Notes under the pieces: model-generated
What the model saw: the letters and a program-made list of their open reading frames with translations, nothing else
Told to the model about the DNA's origin: nothing
Database searches by the model: none
Shown here: positions 20,193-29,926 of the stretch, piece after piece
Layout of the letters: each line of letters begins with the position of its first letter
Numbering within the stretch: the stretch's first letter is position 1
Assembly: GCA_000175855.1 (NCBI GenBank)
Contig: ACYB01000006.1
Coordinates: 30,001 to 62,000 of the forward strand
DNA from: Raphidiopsis brookii D9
GTDB lineage: Bacteria > Cyanobacteriota > Cyanobacteriia > Cyanobacteriales > Nostocaceae
Direction: 5' to 3'
Length of the DNA: 32,000 nucleotides
Position numbers and translations under genes: made by a program

Positions 20193-20801
20193 ATGATGGC
20201 ATTTATCAAAGAAGTTTTTCGCGGGATACGAGTACTTGTATTAATATGGATATTAACTGCAATTATCTATCCTTTGGGAATATTGAACTTAGGTCAGTGG
20301 GTTTTTCCTTTTACGGCTAATGGTAGTATCTTGTTCAACATTAACGCTGAACCAATGGGTTCGTTTTTGATTGGCCAAAGTTTTACATCAGAACAATATT
20401 TTCAAAGCCGTCCCAGCGCTATTAGGTACAGTCAAGGCAAAAAATCTGGTCCCTATGGTATATCTGGAGGGAGTAATCTTTCTGCTAGTAATCCACAGTT
20501 GATTGATAGAATTAGTCAGGAGGTTAGCCAATTAAAAGAGGAAGACCTTAAACCTATTCCAGACCTAATTTACACTTCTGGTTCTGGTTTAGATCCCCAT
20601 ATTTCTTGGAAAGCAGCAAGACAGCAGTTACCAAGAGTAGCAAAAGCACGCGGTATGAAGGAAGATGAAATAGAAGGCTTAATGTATAAGTACACAGATG
20701 GCAAATTTTTAGGTATTTTTGGTGAAGCAGTAGTGAATGTTTTACGCCTAAATTATGCCCTTGACCTTCAGTCTGTCAATCAGGGGGAACAGGAACAATG
20801 A
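20193..20801 (+). CDS. kdpC: Potassium-transporting ATPase subunit KdpC
   Basis: Directly follows kdpB; N-terminal [42 protein letters not shown]. Confidence 0.97.
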   Translation: MMAFIKEVFRGIRVLVLIWILTAIIYPLGILNLGQWVFPFTANGSILFNINAEPMGSFLIGQSFTSEQYFQSRPSAIRYSQGKKSGPYGISGGSNLSASNPQLIDRISQEVSQLKEEDLKPIPDLIYTSGSGLDPHISWKAARQQLPRVAKARGMKEDEIEGLMYKYTDGKFLGIFGEAVVNVLRLNYALDLQSVNQGEQEQ

Positions 20802-21961
20802 AGGAAATAATCCGCCCAACTCGTGTTATTGGTTTAATGAGTGGTACTTCCGTAGATGGTATAGATACCGCTTTAGTGGAAATATCTGGTACAGACTTAG
20901 ACCTGAAAGTAGAGTTGTTGGCGGGGGAAACTTACCCCTATCCACCCCAACTACGGACTAAAATCCTCTCCATCTGTGGGGGAGAACAAATTTCCATGCT
21001 GGAGCTGGCTACTATCGATGATGAAATAGCTACGCTTTTTGCCCAGGCGGCCCAACATATTCAGGTTGGTTACCCCCCCGCTACTCTCATTGGTTCTCAC
21101 GGTCAGACGGTTTACCACAGACCCACAGGAGAGGAAAATCATGTTCCCCTGGGTTATAGTTTACAGCTGGGCCGGGGTGCTGTTATCGCTCGCCTCACTG
21201 GTATTACCACTGTTAGTAATTTTCGTGTGGCAGATATTGCAGTCGGTGGTCACGGAGCACCCTTAGTCCCTAGAGTTGATGCTTTTCTCCTGAGTCATCT
21301 TCAGGAGTTTCGCTGTATCCAAAATATTGGTGGCATTGGTAATATTACTTACCTACCTCCACGCTCTGATGGTTGGCTAGGCAAAATTATGGGTTGGGAC
21401 ACAGGTCCAGGAAATAGTTTGTTAGACTTAGCTGTGTCTCATTTTACTAATGGTCAAAAAAGTTATGATCACAATGGGTCCTGGGCAGCTAGTGGTTCTC
21501 CTTTTTATCCATTAGTTAAACAGTGGTTGAGCCAAGATTATTTCCATTTAAGTCCTCCTAAGTCCACTGGTAGGGAGCTATTTGGTGTTGATTACCTTTA
21601 TCAGTGTTTGCGAGACTGTAATCACTATAACTTGTCTATCCCAGATGTATTAGCAACAATTACTGAACTAACAGCTGCCTCTATTGTTCACAGTTACCGT
21701 GAGTTTTTACCACAAATGCCACAACAAGTCCTATTGTGTGGTGGTGGCAGTCGCAATCTCTATCTGAAAAAACGACTGGAGGCATTGCTGGATTCAATAC
21801 CAGTTACCACCACAGATGTCATGGGATTGAACTCAGCTTTTAAGGAGGCGATCGCCTTTGCTGTGTTAGCTTACTGGAAGCATTTAGGGATTCCTGGAAA
21901 TTTGCCCCTTGCTACGGGAGCAGAGCGGGAGGTCCTTCTAGGCGAAACTCATAGTCTGTAA
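20798..21961 (+). CDS. anmK: Anhydro-N-acetylmuramic acid kinase
   Basis: [68 protein letters not shown] motifs; start overlaps kdpC stop (ATGA). Confidence 0.95.
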   Translation: MKEIIRPTRVIGLMSGTSVDGIDTALVEISGTDLDLKVELLAGETYPYPPQLRTKILSICGGEQISMLELATIDDEIATLFAQAAQHIQVGYPPATLIGSHGQTVYHRPTGEENHVPLGYSLQLGRGAVIARLTGITTVSNFRVADIAVGGHGAPLVPRVDAFLLSHLQEFRCIQNIGGIGNITYLPPRSDGWLGKIMGWDTGPGNSLLDLAVSHFTNGQKSYDHNGSWAASGSPFYPLVKQWLSQDYFHLSPPKSTGRELFGVDYLYQCLRDCNHYNLSIPDVLATITELTAASIVHSYREFLPQMPQQVLLCGGGSRNLYLKKRLEALLDSIPVTTTDVMGLNSAFKEAIAFAVLAYWKHLGIPGNLPLATGAEREVLLGETHSL

Positions 21962-22103
21962 AGTTTTATGAACAAAATGTGTTAAGGAATGGGAATTATA
22001 GTTTGATGGAGTGGGGGATGGGTGTAGTCCGAGAGGAGAAGGTTAAAAGCCGAGACCAGTTTGAGTGCAAGTTAAAGTTAGGTTTTGGTCCCGAACTCTT
22101 CTC

Positions 22104-22298
22104 CTATGCCATGGAGCCTAAATCCAATCCCCACTGGTGTTTGAGTAGTTCCTTATAGGTTGCTTCTCTTACTACCATCTGTTCGTAGAGTTTTACGAGG
22201 AACTCTTGGGCCTGTTCATGACTCATTTCTTTGACCTGGCTGGCAAAGGAGTAAACGTTAAATTGCTGTTCTAAGGAAAGCTGTATTGGTTGATTCAT
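22104..22298 (-). CDS. nblA: Phycobilisome degradation protein NblA
   Basis: MNQPIQLSLEQQFNVYSFASQVKEMSHEQAQEFLVKLYEQMVVREATYKELLKHQWGL matches the NblA family along its length. Confidence 0.95.
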   Translation of the reverse strand: MNQPIQLSLEQQFNVYSFASQVKEMSHEQAQEFLVKLYEQMVVREATYKELLKHQWGLDLGSMA

Positions 22299-22630
22299 GG
22301 CTAAAACCTAAAGAGCAACTAGTAATAGTGGTATGGACGGAAGACCAGCTTTTGGGTTGGTCCGGTTTTAATCTGGTATGTCACTTGTTAGAAACGATAA
22401 CAGTTATTTGACAAATTGCCCAGTGTGATATGTTTCGGGTTTCCGACCTACCATCGGGATGGTCGGGTTATTGGAAAGTTTATGGTTATGGTCGAACGGT
22501 TGGGGGATTGGGTGTATAAATTATTAAAGGACTGACAGTTAGGTTGAACAAACCCGTCGGATGATGGGTTTGAACATATTTCTAGCAGGTTGCTTGGGGG
22601 AAAAATGCTCGAATTGAACATTTTCTCAGG

Positions 22631-23361
22631 TTATTCTTGTTTCTCAGCAGCAACCAAGATAACGGTGATGTTGTCCTTACCCCCTTTGGCTTTAGCTGCT
22701 TGCACCAGGGATGAAGCTGTTTGCCCTAAATCTAGATTCTGGTACAGCTGGAAAATTTCTTCGTCCAGCAGTTCTTCGGTTAATCCATCGCTACATAAAA
22801 GCAGGCGATCGCCTGGGTTAAGTTTAAAGGACTGAACTTCTGGATCGCTGAGGTCTGCTCTTCCTAAACAGCGTGAGAGGACGTGGCGGTAGGGATGAGA
22901 GCGGGCTTCTTCGGGACTAATTTCGCCTATTTCCATGGCTTTAGCGATCCAGGTATGATCTTGAGTAATTTGGCAAAGTTGGGAGTTTGTTAAGAGATAC
23001 AAGCGAGAATCCCCCAGATGGGCACATATAGGGGGTTCGGGGGAACGGAAAACTACGACCACAACGGTTGTTCCCATGTCGGAACGTTCTGGGTGAGAAA
23101 GTTGGTCTTGTAAGATGGAGTTATTGGCTTGGGATATAGCTAACCTTAGTAAAGACTGGGTATTTTCGGGGGAGTCCCATTGGTTTGTTAAATAGGCTTG
23201 AATTTGTTGAATCGCGATTCGACTAGCTTCCTCACCTCCAGCATGACCTCCCATACCATCAGCAAGGATAAAAAACGTCCGTCGGGGTCTATGTAGTAAG
23301 CATCTTGATTATGAGAACGAATAAGTCCGGGATCGGTTGCACCGGTAAAGTTAAGTTTCAT
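22631..23361 (-). pseudogene. PP2C-family Ser/Thr protein phosphatase (Stp1/PrpC-like), frameshifted near the N-terminus
   Basis: The start at 23361 gives MKLNFTGATDPGLIRSHNQDAYYIDPDGRF. Adding one base to the A6 run at 23270-23275 gives FILADGMGGHAGGEEASRIA, joining ORF 22631..23254 (MGGHAGGEE...DNITVILV). Span 731 nt = 3n+2. Confidence 0.93.
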
Positions 23362-23392
23362 AATTTTTTATCAAAATATGTATGTGTAACCA

Positions 23393-25186
23393 CTAATACT
23401 TCTGATCATAACGATCAAGACGGGAGACTAGACGCAAGAAAATAAAAGATATGCCAGCAACTATCAACCCTGCTATTGTAGCTAACCAGTAAAATCTATT
23501 GACTAATAGGATAGTAGCTGAAATAGTAAAAGCACTGATAATCAGGGCGTAACTAATTCCCATTTGAATATTACTTTGTCGTCTTAATAGACGTTCTGTT
23601 TCCAGGGCACGCACTCGCAACCGGATGTCACCTCGTTCCAGCTTCTCCAGGGTATCTTCTAAACGACGTGGCAAACTTAATGCGCTACTACTAACCTGTA
23701 CAGCTTGACGACTAAGCTCATTTAAAAAAGTGTTTGCTTGACTAGCACCATTATTGTTATTCATAAGCTCCATTGCATAAGGCTGGGCAACTGCCATAAA
23801 ATTAAATTCCGGGTCTAGGCCCTTTCCTACCCCTTCTAAGGTAGAAAAAGCTCGCATGACAAAAGTGAAAGTGGCTGGGAAGCGAAATGGCTGATTATAA
23901 GCAATTTCATACAAGTCCTCACTGATGGTAGCCACGGATTGGTTTTCAAAGGGTTTGTCCATAAAATTATCCAACATATACTGGACAGAACGTCGCACAG
24001 GACCCATATCCTCCACCGGAGCGATCGCACCCAAATTAATTAGTGATTGTACTACTCGGTCACCATCTTTTTGAGCGATGCCAAATAAGGTTTCCATCAG
24101 TCCTTCCCGAACATTGGACTTAATAATACCCATCATGCCAAAGTCGTAGAAAATTAAGGCTCCATCCGGACTTACCGCCAAATTACCGGGGTGGGGATCA
24201 GCGTGAAAGAAGCCATTATTCAATAACTGGTGTAAATATGCCTGAGCTCCATAACGAGCGATCGCCTTTCTATCCACACCTGCAGCTTCTAATGCTTCAT
24301 ACTGACTGATTTTAATACCAGGAACATACTCCAAAGTGATAATTTTAGAAGTGGTATACCGCCAATATACCCTAGGGACCTTCACCCAGTTATAGGACCG
24401 AAAGTTGCGCCTAAAAGTATCCGCATTGCGTCCTTCATTGAGATAATCGATTTCCTCCCAAAGAATGCGACAGCACTCCTCATAAATGCCCATCCAATCT
24501 CTTCCTCTTCCCCACTCAGGATGATTTTGGAAATAGTTGGTGATACCTTTAAGTATTTGTAAATCAATTTCAAAGAGTTTTTTCAGTCCTGGTCGTTGCA
24601 CCTTGACTACTACGGTTTCTCCTGAGTGGAGTTCAGCCTTATGAACCTGTCCTAAACTAGCAGCAGCAAGAGGTATGGGTTCAAAACTAGCAAAGAGTTC
24701 AGCAATTGTTTTACCCAATTCCTGTTCAATAATTTTGGCCACCTGTTCGTAATCAAAAGCTGGCACGCGGTCTTGTAACTTAGACAGCTCATCCACATAC
24801 TCGCTAGGGAAGATATCCGCACGGGTGGAAAACAACTGGCCAACCTTAATAAAAGTTGGTCCTAGGTCTAAAAATGTGTTTCTTACCCAGACCGCCTGGG
24901 CGTAGCGTCTAGCTGCTTGTTTAGCCTCCGTTACACCCCCAGGATAACTCCATGCCTTATTATAACGCCAAAGTTTAAACATGAAGGTCAAAACAAAAGA
25001 CCAGATATCCACAAAGCGGCGTTTACTGGAGTATTTTTCCCGATTCCAACGGTAAGCCTTACCCGAATAACCTTGTTCCATATTTATTTTGTAGTTTGTT
25101 TTGTACCGTTGGGCATTAGCCATTTCACACTCCGCTCTCTCAAGAATAGCAGAATTTAATGGTTTGGTAGGGGGCAAGTTTAACAA
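23393..25186 (-). CDS. ABC1/AarF/UbiB-family atypical kinase
   Basis: FIKVGQLFSTRADIFPSEYVDELSKLQDRVPAF, PLAAASLGQVHKAELHSGETVVVKVQRPG, NGFFHADPHPGNLAVSPDGALIFYDFGMMG; two C-terminal TM segments. Confidence 0.95.
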   Translation of the reverse strand: MLNLPPTKPLNSAILERAECEMANAQRYKTNYKINMEQGYSGKAYRWNREKYSSKRRFVDIWSFVLTFMFKLWRYNKAWSYPGGVTEAKQAARRYAQAVWVRNTFLDLGPTFIKVGQLFSTRADIFPSEYVDELSKLQDRVPAFDYEQVAKIIEQELGKTIAELFASFEPIPLAAASLGQVHKAELHSGETVVVKVQRPGLKKLFEIDLQILKGITNYFQNHPEWGRGRDWMGIYEECCRILWEEIDYLNEGRNADTFRRNFRSYNWVKVPRVYWRYTTSKIITLEYVPGIKISQYEALEAAGVDRKAIARYGAQAYLHQLLNNGFFHADPHPGNLAVSPDGALIFYDFGMMGIIKSNVREGLMETLFGIAQKDGDRVVQSLINLGAIAPVEDMGPVRRSVQYMLDNFMDKPFENQSVATISEDLYEIAYNQPFRFPATFTFVMRAFSTLEGVGKGLDPEFNFMAVAQPYAMELMNNNNGASQANTFLNELSRQAVQVSSSALSLPRRLEDTLEKLERGDIRLRVRALETERLLRRQSNIQMGISYALIISAFTISATILLVNRFYWLATIAGLIVAGISFIFLRLVSRLDRYDQKY

Positions 25187-25252
25187 TAAACCTCCTATGT
25201 TTTGTTAAAACATTACCCACCACTAATATTCTATCAACAAACCGGTCTATAT

Positions 25253-25573
25253 CTATTTTGCCCCACTGCGATACTTTTGTAACTCAGTCCGCAACAAAGC
25301 AATTTCTGCTCGTAAATTATCAATTTGAGCTTGTAAGTCTGTTACACTATTAGCATTGGTACTAGTAGGGGTAGCACCTGTTTGTGATGCTTCCGCTGCT
25401 CGACTAGCACGTACCCTCACTTCTTCCGTAAACTGGTGCAGTTGTTCTTTCATCTCAGCATCAAATTTACCCAGTTCACTTAAAGCGTCAGTCAGGGTGA
25501 CCTCTAGACGCTCATTAATTACTTCTGCTACTGCTCTACCCAAAAAGAAGGCTTGCACGAGATTATTAGACAT
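25253..25573 (-). CDS. Small conserved hypothetical protein with C-terminal coiled coil
   Basis: 106-aa ORF; TDLQAQIDNLRAEIALLRTELQKYR heptad-like end; co-directional with flanking genes. Confidence 0.75.
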   Translation of the reverse strand: MSNNLVQAFFLGRAVAEVINERLEVTLTDALSELGKFDAEMKEQLHQFTEEVRVRASRAAEASQTGATPTSTNANSVTDLQAQIDNLRAEIALLRTELQKYRSGAK

Positions 25574-25670
25574 AAATTTTTGTAAAGTTGTTCCGTAAAA
25601 AAATTATAACCTCCATTCAGCGGGTGTTGATGAAAAATTCAGCAGTGAAGATTAATTGCACTAATCTGAT

Positions 25671-28600
25671 TTAATTAAAAGTGTATGGTTCCGAGAAAGA
25701 CTGCAAAGAGCAGTCTTTAACCGCATTAAGATAGCGGCGCAATAGGAGGATTTGGGGAATATCAAATCTATAAGTAAGATTACCCTGCTTTTGAAACAAG
25801 GGTGTGGAGGAAATTGCCCGATAATCAGGATTTTCCTGAGAATTTTTGGTCAACCACAGGTAGTTAAAATTCTCTGTAACTCCATCCTCGGAACGGGGAT
25901 TTTTCCTAGTGATGGGTACTAACCCACTGGGTAACTGACCTTCCAAAAAGGCTAATAGACGCTGTTGACATACGCTGGTATTAATACCACGACCTTCCAG
26001 GAGTTGCAGAATCTCACTCAAGGATAGGGAAAGGGTAGCTTCCTTGCTCGGGATATCTGGTATAATGTTTAGCAGCTCTGAAAACAGAAAATAATCCGTA
26101 TATTGTTGTCTAGATATTTCCAGAAATTGCGGATACAATAGTGCAGTAGCCAAACCATAAGCCACTCGACTGCACCTGCTAATGGTTCCACTTCCTCTGG
26201 GATGTAAGTCCTGTATAATTTTACCGTTAGGCAGTTTTTGTCCTAGCCAACGCTTAATGGTAGGTATGCTACTCACCCCACCAGAAATGACCACTTGAGT
26301 TATGGACTCCGCTGGTACGCCTTTAGCTACTAATAGTTTGTTCAGTTCTCGATTCAGACGACGTACGTAAGGTACAAGTATTTCCCTTTCTAGATCTTGG
26401 CGGTACAATTTCCAGCACTGATCTGCTAACTTGAGAGTAAATAATTCTTGGTGCTGTAAAATCAGTTTTATTGCCATAGCTGCATCTAACATTCCTCGCC
26501 CCAACACAGAACTTTCTAGTCTCTGCTGTAGCATAGTTCTAGTTAATGTATCTGTTTGGGCTGACTGCGGTAATTCCAAACCTGTTAAATTTAAGCTAGA
26601 CCACTCTACCTGATCTAAACCAGGGGTTGTAGGTTCCCAATGCCATGAATTATTTTCACTTTTCCTATTGTCTTGTTTTGTCTCACCATGGGGTTGGTGT
26701 GTTTTTGGTGGTAGTAGCAATTGACAAATAATATCCTGTTCCATTGCTTTTCCACCGTATGCAAAACTGTGCAAAGTCAGGTTTCTGTGGGTTAATTTAC
26801 TCAAATCCTTTGGTAGATCAACTAATACCATTTCTGTAGCACTTGCACCAATGTTCAAAGTGAGGGTAAAACCTTCACTCAAACCAGCAGTGGTCTTGAG
26901 TGGGTGTATACCCTCATTATCCCACACCTGAACTGGTTTGGAACTACTGGGATCTAGCTCGGGTAGCAAGGTGGCTATGGCCTCCTCCACAAAAAATATT
27001 TGGTTAGCATGGGAAACCAGCTTACTGGTTAATATGGATTCTCTGACATTAAATCGGTACTGTTCTGACCAATTACCTGGACAACTACAAATAACACCTC
27101 TTAAGTGATTAATCACTTGCAATAACACTTCTTTATCCATGCCTGTAGCATTAGCAGTTAAGGCTGGAGTTGTACTAGTGCGATCTGATTTTAGGGTTAA
27201 CAATAACTTTGACAAGGAGCGCACAACCCAAATTAAAGGACTAGAAGAAAATTCGTTCAGCTGCAATACAGGTTCCCACTTTTGTTGATTGTTTTTATAA
27301 GAAACACCAATATGTAGAAATGGTTTTAAGTGAGTAGAATAAAGTTCTGGTTTGGTTTCTACTGATATGGAAGAATCCTTGTTTATATCTATTCCCGTAT
27401 TGGAACTAATATTTTGGTGGGTTTCTAGGTTTTCTGATTCTGGGTGAGGGGTGGATCTAGTTGGTAGATATACTTCTGCTGGCAATCGAAAAGACTGGGT
27501 AAAAGTTGTTTTACCTGATTTATCTTCTGCGGACCAATAGATGGGGTGGACAATTAATTTAGCATGATTTAACAAAGCGGCAGAAATTCCCGTTGTTCCC
27601 AAGTCAATACCCAAATACCAAGATGAATTTTCATCATTGGGAGATTCTAAGAGCATCATTCCCTGATCCACAATGTCCTCTAATCCATCCTCACTTGGGT
27701 TGGTAATAGAAAGGGAGTTTTCTACCTGTGTAATCCTTTCCCATGTTGAATCTAGGTCCCAATCAAAACTGGTGATATCACAATTAGCACTTTCTAGCTG
27801 TTGTGCATCTGCAAGTTCAGATGTATCTAACATTTCATCATTTGTACTAACCCTATCGCCCAAATCTAGAGGATTTTCTTCAGGAGAAGTTGCAATATAA
27901 CCAGCAAATAAGTCTACTGCCAAGTCCTCCTCAATTTTTTCTTCCCGGTCGGAAAAATCCTGATCAAAATTCTCCCAGATTGATGTGATTTCCTCATCCT
28001 TGGAGAATTGATTATTACCATCATCCACCAATAAGTCAGTCAAAACAGCGATAGTATCATTACTATCTGGTTCAGTTTCCGATGGCATAATTATACTAGC
28101 AAATTCTGCTTTTGTCCCCGAATCCTCGGGCAATAAAGATTCCCATAATTTCACTGGTTCATTGCTATAATCGGTAAAAAGACTTGCATAAAGTTCATCA
28201 ACTTCATCCTCTAGATTAGGACTTGCATAATTGATTGGGGGTGAACCTAAATCTGAGATTTCCTCATTGGGTTTAGCCTGGAAACTAGCAGGTTGGACGG
28301 GGAAAGTTGGTACATTATTTTGCAGATTGTTTTGTAGACTTTTGATAAAGTCTGTCATTAATTGTTCACCCTCTATCCCCTGACTGTGCATTCTAGTAAG
28401 TGACTGGGATAGGGACTGGTAATAAGAATTTATATTACGTTCTAATGCTTGAAAAATAACGTTAACAGTTCCATCCAAAGATAACAACCGTTGGTCTAAC
28501 TCCTTGGTCAAATTAACTAACCTTTCAATCCCGCTAGTTGATCCTAAAACTGCTTCCATAGAAGAGTTGTTTATTACCGGGTTATTCTCACCAGAGCTTA

Positions 28601-29138
28601 AACCAATGTCTTTGATGCCAGTTGTTTTTAAGTGGACAATTAGTGCTGGTACAGTTTGACTAATTATTTGTTTTATTTGTTCCTGGTTTGTTAATTGCTG
28701 GGATGAGGAAAATTCTCCACGTTTTTGCTCTAATTCTCTAATTTCCTGGCTGAGATTGGCCCTTTGTTGCAACATAGTAGATAATTCGGTCTGCAGGGAT
28801 TTGAATAAACCCATCATTTCCCCTTGAAGCTGTTCTGAAACCAAATTAGTATTTTCTTGTTTATTCTCATGCAAGTCTAGGTGTGACTCTTCTTGTTCTC
28901 TATTAACATATCTTGTTAATAAAGAGGATAATGGTGCAGATTGGGGTTGATCAGTAAAAACCTCTTCTATAGACTCAGTTTCATGCAGATCTACCAAAAA
29001 ACGGCGTATTTTTTGTAAAATGGTTCTTTCATCCTGTCCTTGACCAGATAGCAATTTGGCTAGAGGGTTACCACTATTAGAGAGCAAGTTATCAATATCC
29101 AGAATTAGTCTTTCAATTTCATCTATGCGGGAGGTCAC
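25671..29138 (-). CDS. Large divergent Hsp70/actin-fold family protein with a roughly 500-aa N-terminal extension
   Basis: SWYLGIDLGTTGISAALL (phosphate-1), LTLNIGASATEMVLVDL (phosphate-2 position), QVVISGGVSSIPTIKRWL (adenosine-like). The N-terminus has coiled-coil segments and long acidic stretches. Confidence 0.8.
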   Translation of the reverse strand: MTSRIDEIERLILDIDNLLSNSGNPLAKLLSGQGQDERTILQKIRRFLVDLHETESIEEVFTDQPQSAPLSSLLTRYVNREQEESHLDLHENKQENTNLVSEQLQGEMMGLFKSLQTELSTMLQQRANLSQEIRELEQKRGEFSSSQQLTNQEQIKQIISQTVPALIVHLKTTGIKDIGLSSGENNPVINNSSMEAVLGSTSGIERLVNLTKELDQRLLSLDGTVNVIFQALERNINSYYQSLSQSLTRMHSQGIEGEQLMTDFIKSLQNNLQNNVPTFPVQPASFQAKPNEEISDLGSPPINYASPNLEDEVDELYASLFTDYSNEPVKLWESLLPEDSGTKAEFASIIMPSETEPDSNDTIAVLTDLLVDDGNNQFSKDEEITSIWENFDQDFSDREEKIEEDLAVDLFAGYIATSPEENPLDLGDRVSTNDEMLDTSELADAQQLESANCDITSFDWDLDSTWERITQVENSLSITNPSEDGLEDIVDQGMMLLESPNDENSSWYLGIDLGTTGISAALLNHAKLIVHPIYWSAEDKSGKTTFTQSFRLPAEVYLPTRSTPHPESENLETHQNISSNTGIDINKDSSISVETKPELYSTHLKPFLHIGVSYKNNQQKWEPVLQLNEFSSSPLIWVVRSLSKLLLTLKSDRTSTTPALTANATGMDKEVLLQVINHLRGVICSCPGNWSEQYRFNVRESILTSKLVSHANQIFFVEEAIATLLPELDPSSSKPVQVWDNEGIHPLKTTAGLSEGFTLTLNIGASATEMVLVDLPKDLSKLTHRNLTLHSFAYGGKAMEQDIICQLLLPPKTHQPHGETKQDNRKSENNSWHWEPTTPGLDQVEWSSLNLTGLELPQSAQTDTLTRTMLQQRLESSVLGRGMLDAAMAIKLILQHQELFTLKLADQCWKLYRQDLEREILVPYVRRLNRELNKLLVAKGVPAESITQVVISGGVSSIPTIKRWLGQKLPNGKIIQDLHPRGSGTISRCSRVAYGLATALLYPQFLEISRQQYTDYFLFSELLNIIPDIPSKEATLSLSLSEILQLLEGRGINTSVCQQRLLAFLEGQLPSGLVPITRKNPRSEDGVTENFNYLWLTKNSQENPDYRAISSTPLFQKQGNLTYRFDIPQILLLRRYLNAVKDCSLQSFSEPYTFN

Positions 29139-29239
29139 TTTAAATTACCTTAAATTAAAATTACGTTAACTAAATAATATACTTTGGATATTAATTATAT
29201 AACGACTTGTACACCATTCCCATTCCCATTCCTCATTCT

Positions 29240-29924
29240 ATGAATATTGCTAATTCTCCACTAGATCAGCCAGATCGAGAATCTAAAATCTCTCAACTTC
29301 CAGTTCAGGTTCCCTTGAGGTTAGTGGAAACGGCTATTTTTTGCCAGCACTTCTGCTCTGGTTTGGTTTATAAACTTTTACTTTCCCTTGGGTCCAGTTT
29401 TACGTGTATTGTTCTCAATTCCTATTGCTTTAGTTTATTTACGCTGGGGTAATCGTGCTTCTTGGATGGCAGCTATCACCTCTGGATTACTACTTTCAGT
29501 TTTGACTGGACCTGTTCGGAGTCTTCTATTTATTATGCCCTTTGCTTTTTTGGGTGTGTTATTGGGAGCAAGTTGGCATCGTCGCGTCCCTTGGTTTGTT
29601 TCCATCACTTTGGGCACTATATTATGTACATTAGGAGTGTTTTTTCGTCTCTGGTTACTTTCTATCTTATCTGGTGAGGATTTATGGATTTATCTAACTA
29701 ACCAAGTTACGGAAATTCTCCAGTGGTTATTTCTTAATCTACGTATATTAACTCCTCCCAGTACTTTGGGGGTTAAACTAGCAGCATTGCTACTAATTGT
29801 GATTAATAACTTAATTTATATGTTTATAGTCCACTTAGCAGCATGGTTACTATTAGAGCGTCTGGGAAATTCCATACCTAATCCACCACATTGGATACAA
29901 ACATTAATGAATTATGAAGATTAA
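29240..29924 (+). pseudogene. DUF2232-like membrane protein, frameshifted near the N-terminus
   Basis: Removing one T from the T6 run at 29337-29342 gives MNIANSPLDQPDRESKISQLPVQVPLRLVETAIFASTSALVWFINFYFPLGPVLRVLFSIPIALVYLRWGNRASW..., continuous to 29924. Span 685 nt = 3n+1. Confidence 0.82.
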
Positions 29925-29926
29925 CT

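Noticed and set aside
22034-22105. AGGAGAAG...CTTCTCCT inverted repeat at the end of nblA
   Set aside because: Only 8 bp with a 56-nt loop, and it overlaps the nblA stop; not strong enough for a riboregulator or terminator.
29207-29452. 81-aa ORF before the DUF2232-like gene
   Set aside because: Its first part is the true N-terminus of the DUF2232-like gene; the tail after the T6 run is out of frame. Treated as one frameshifted gene.
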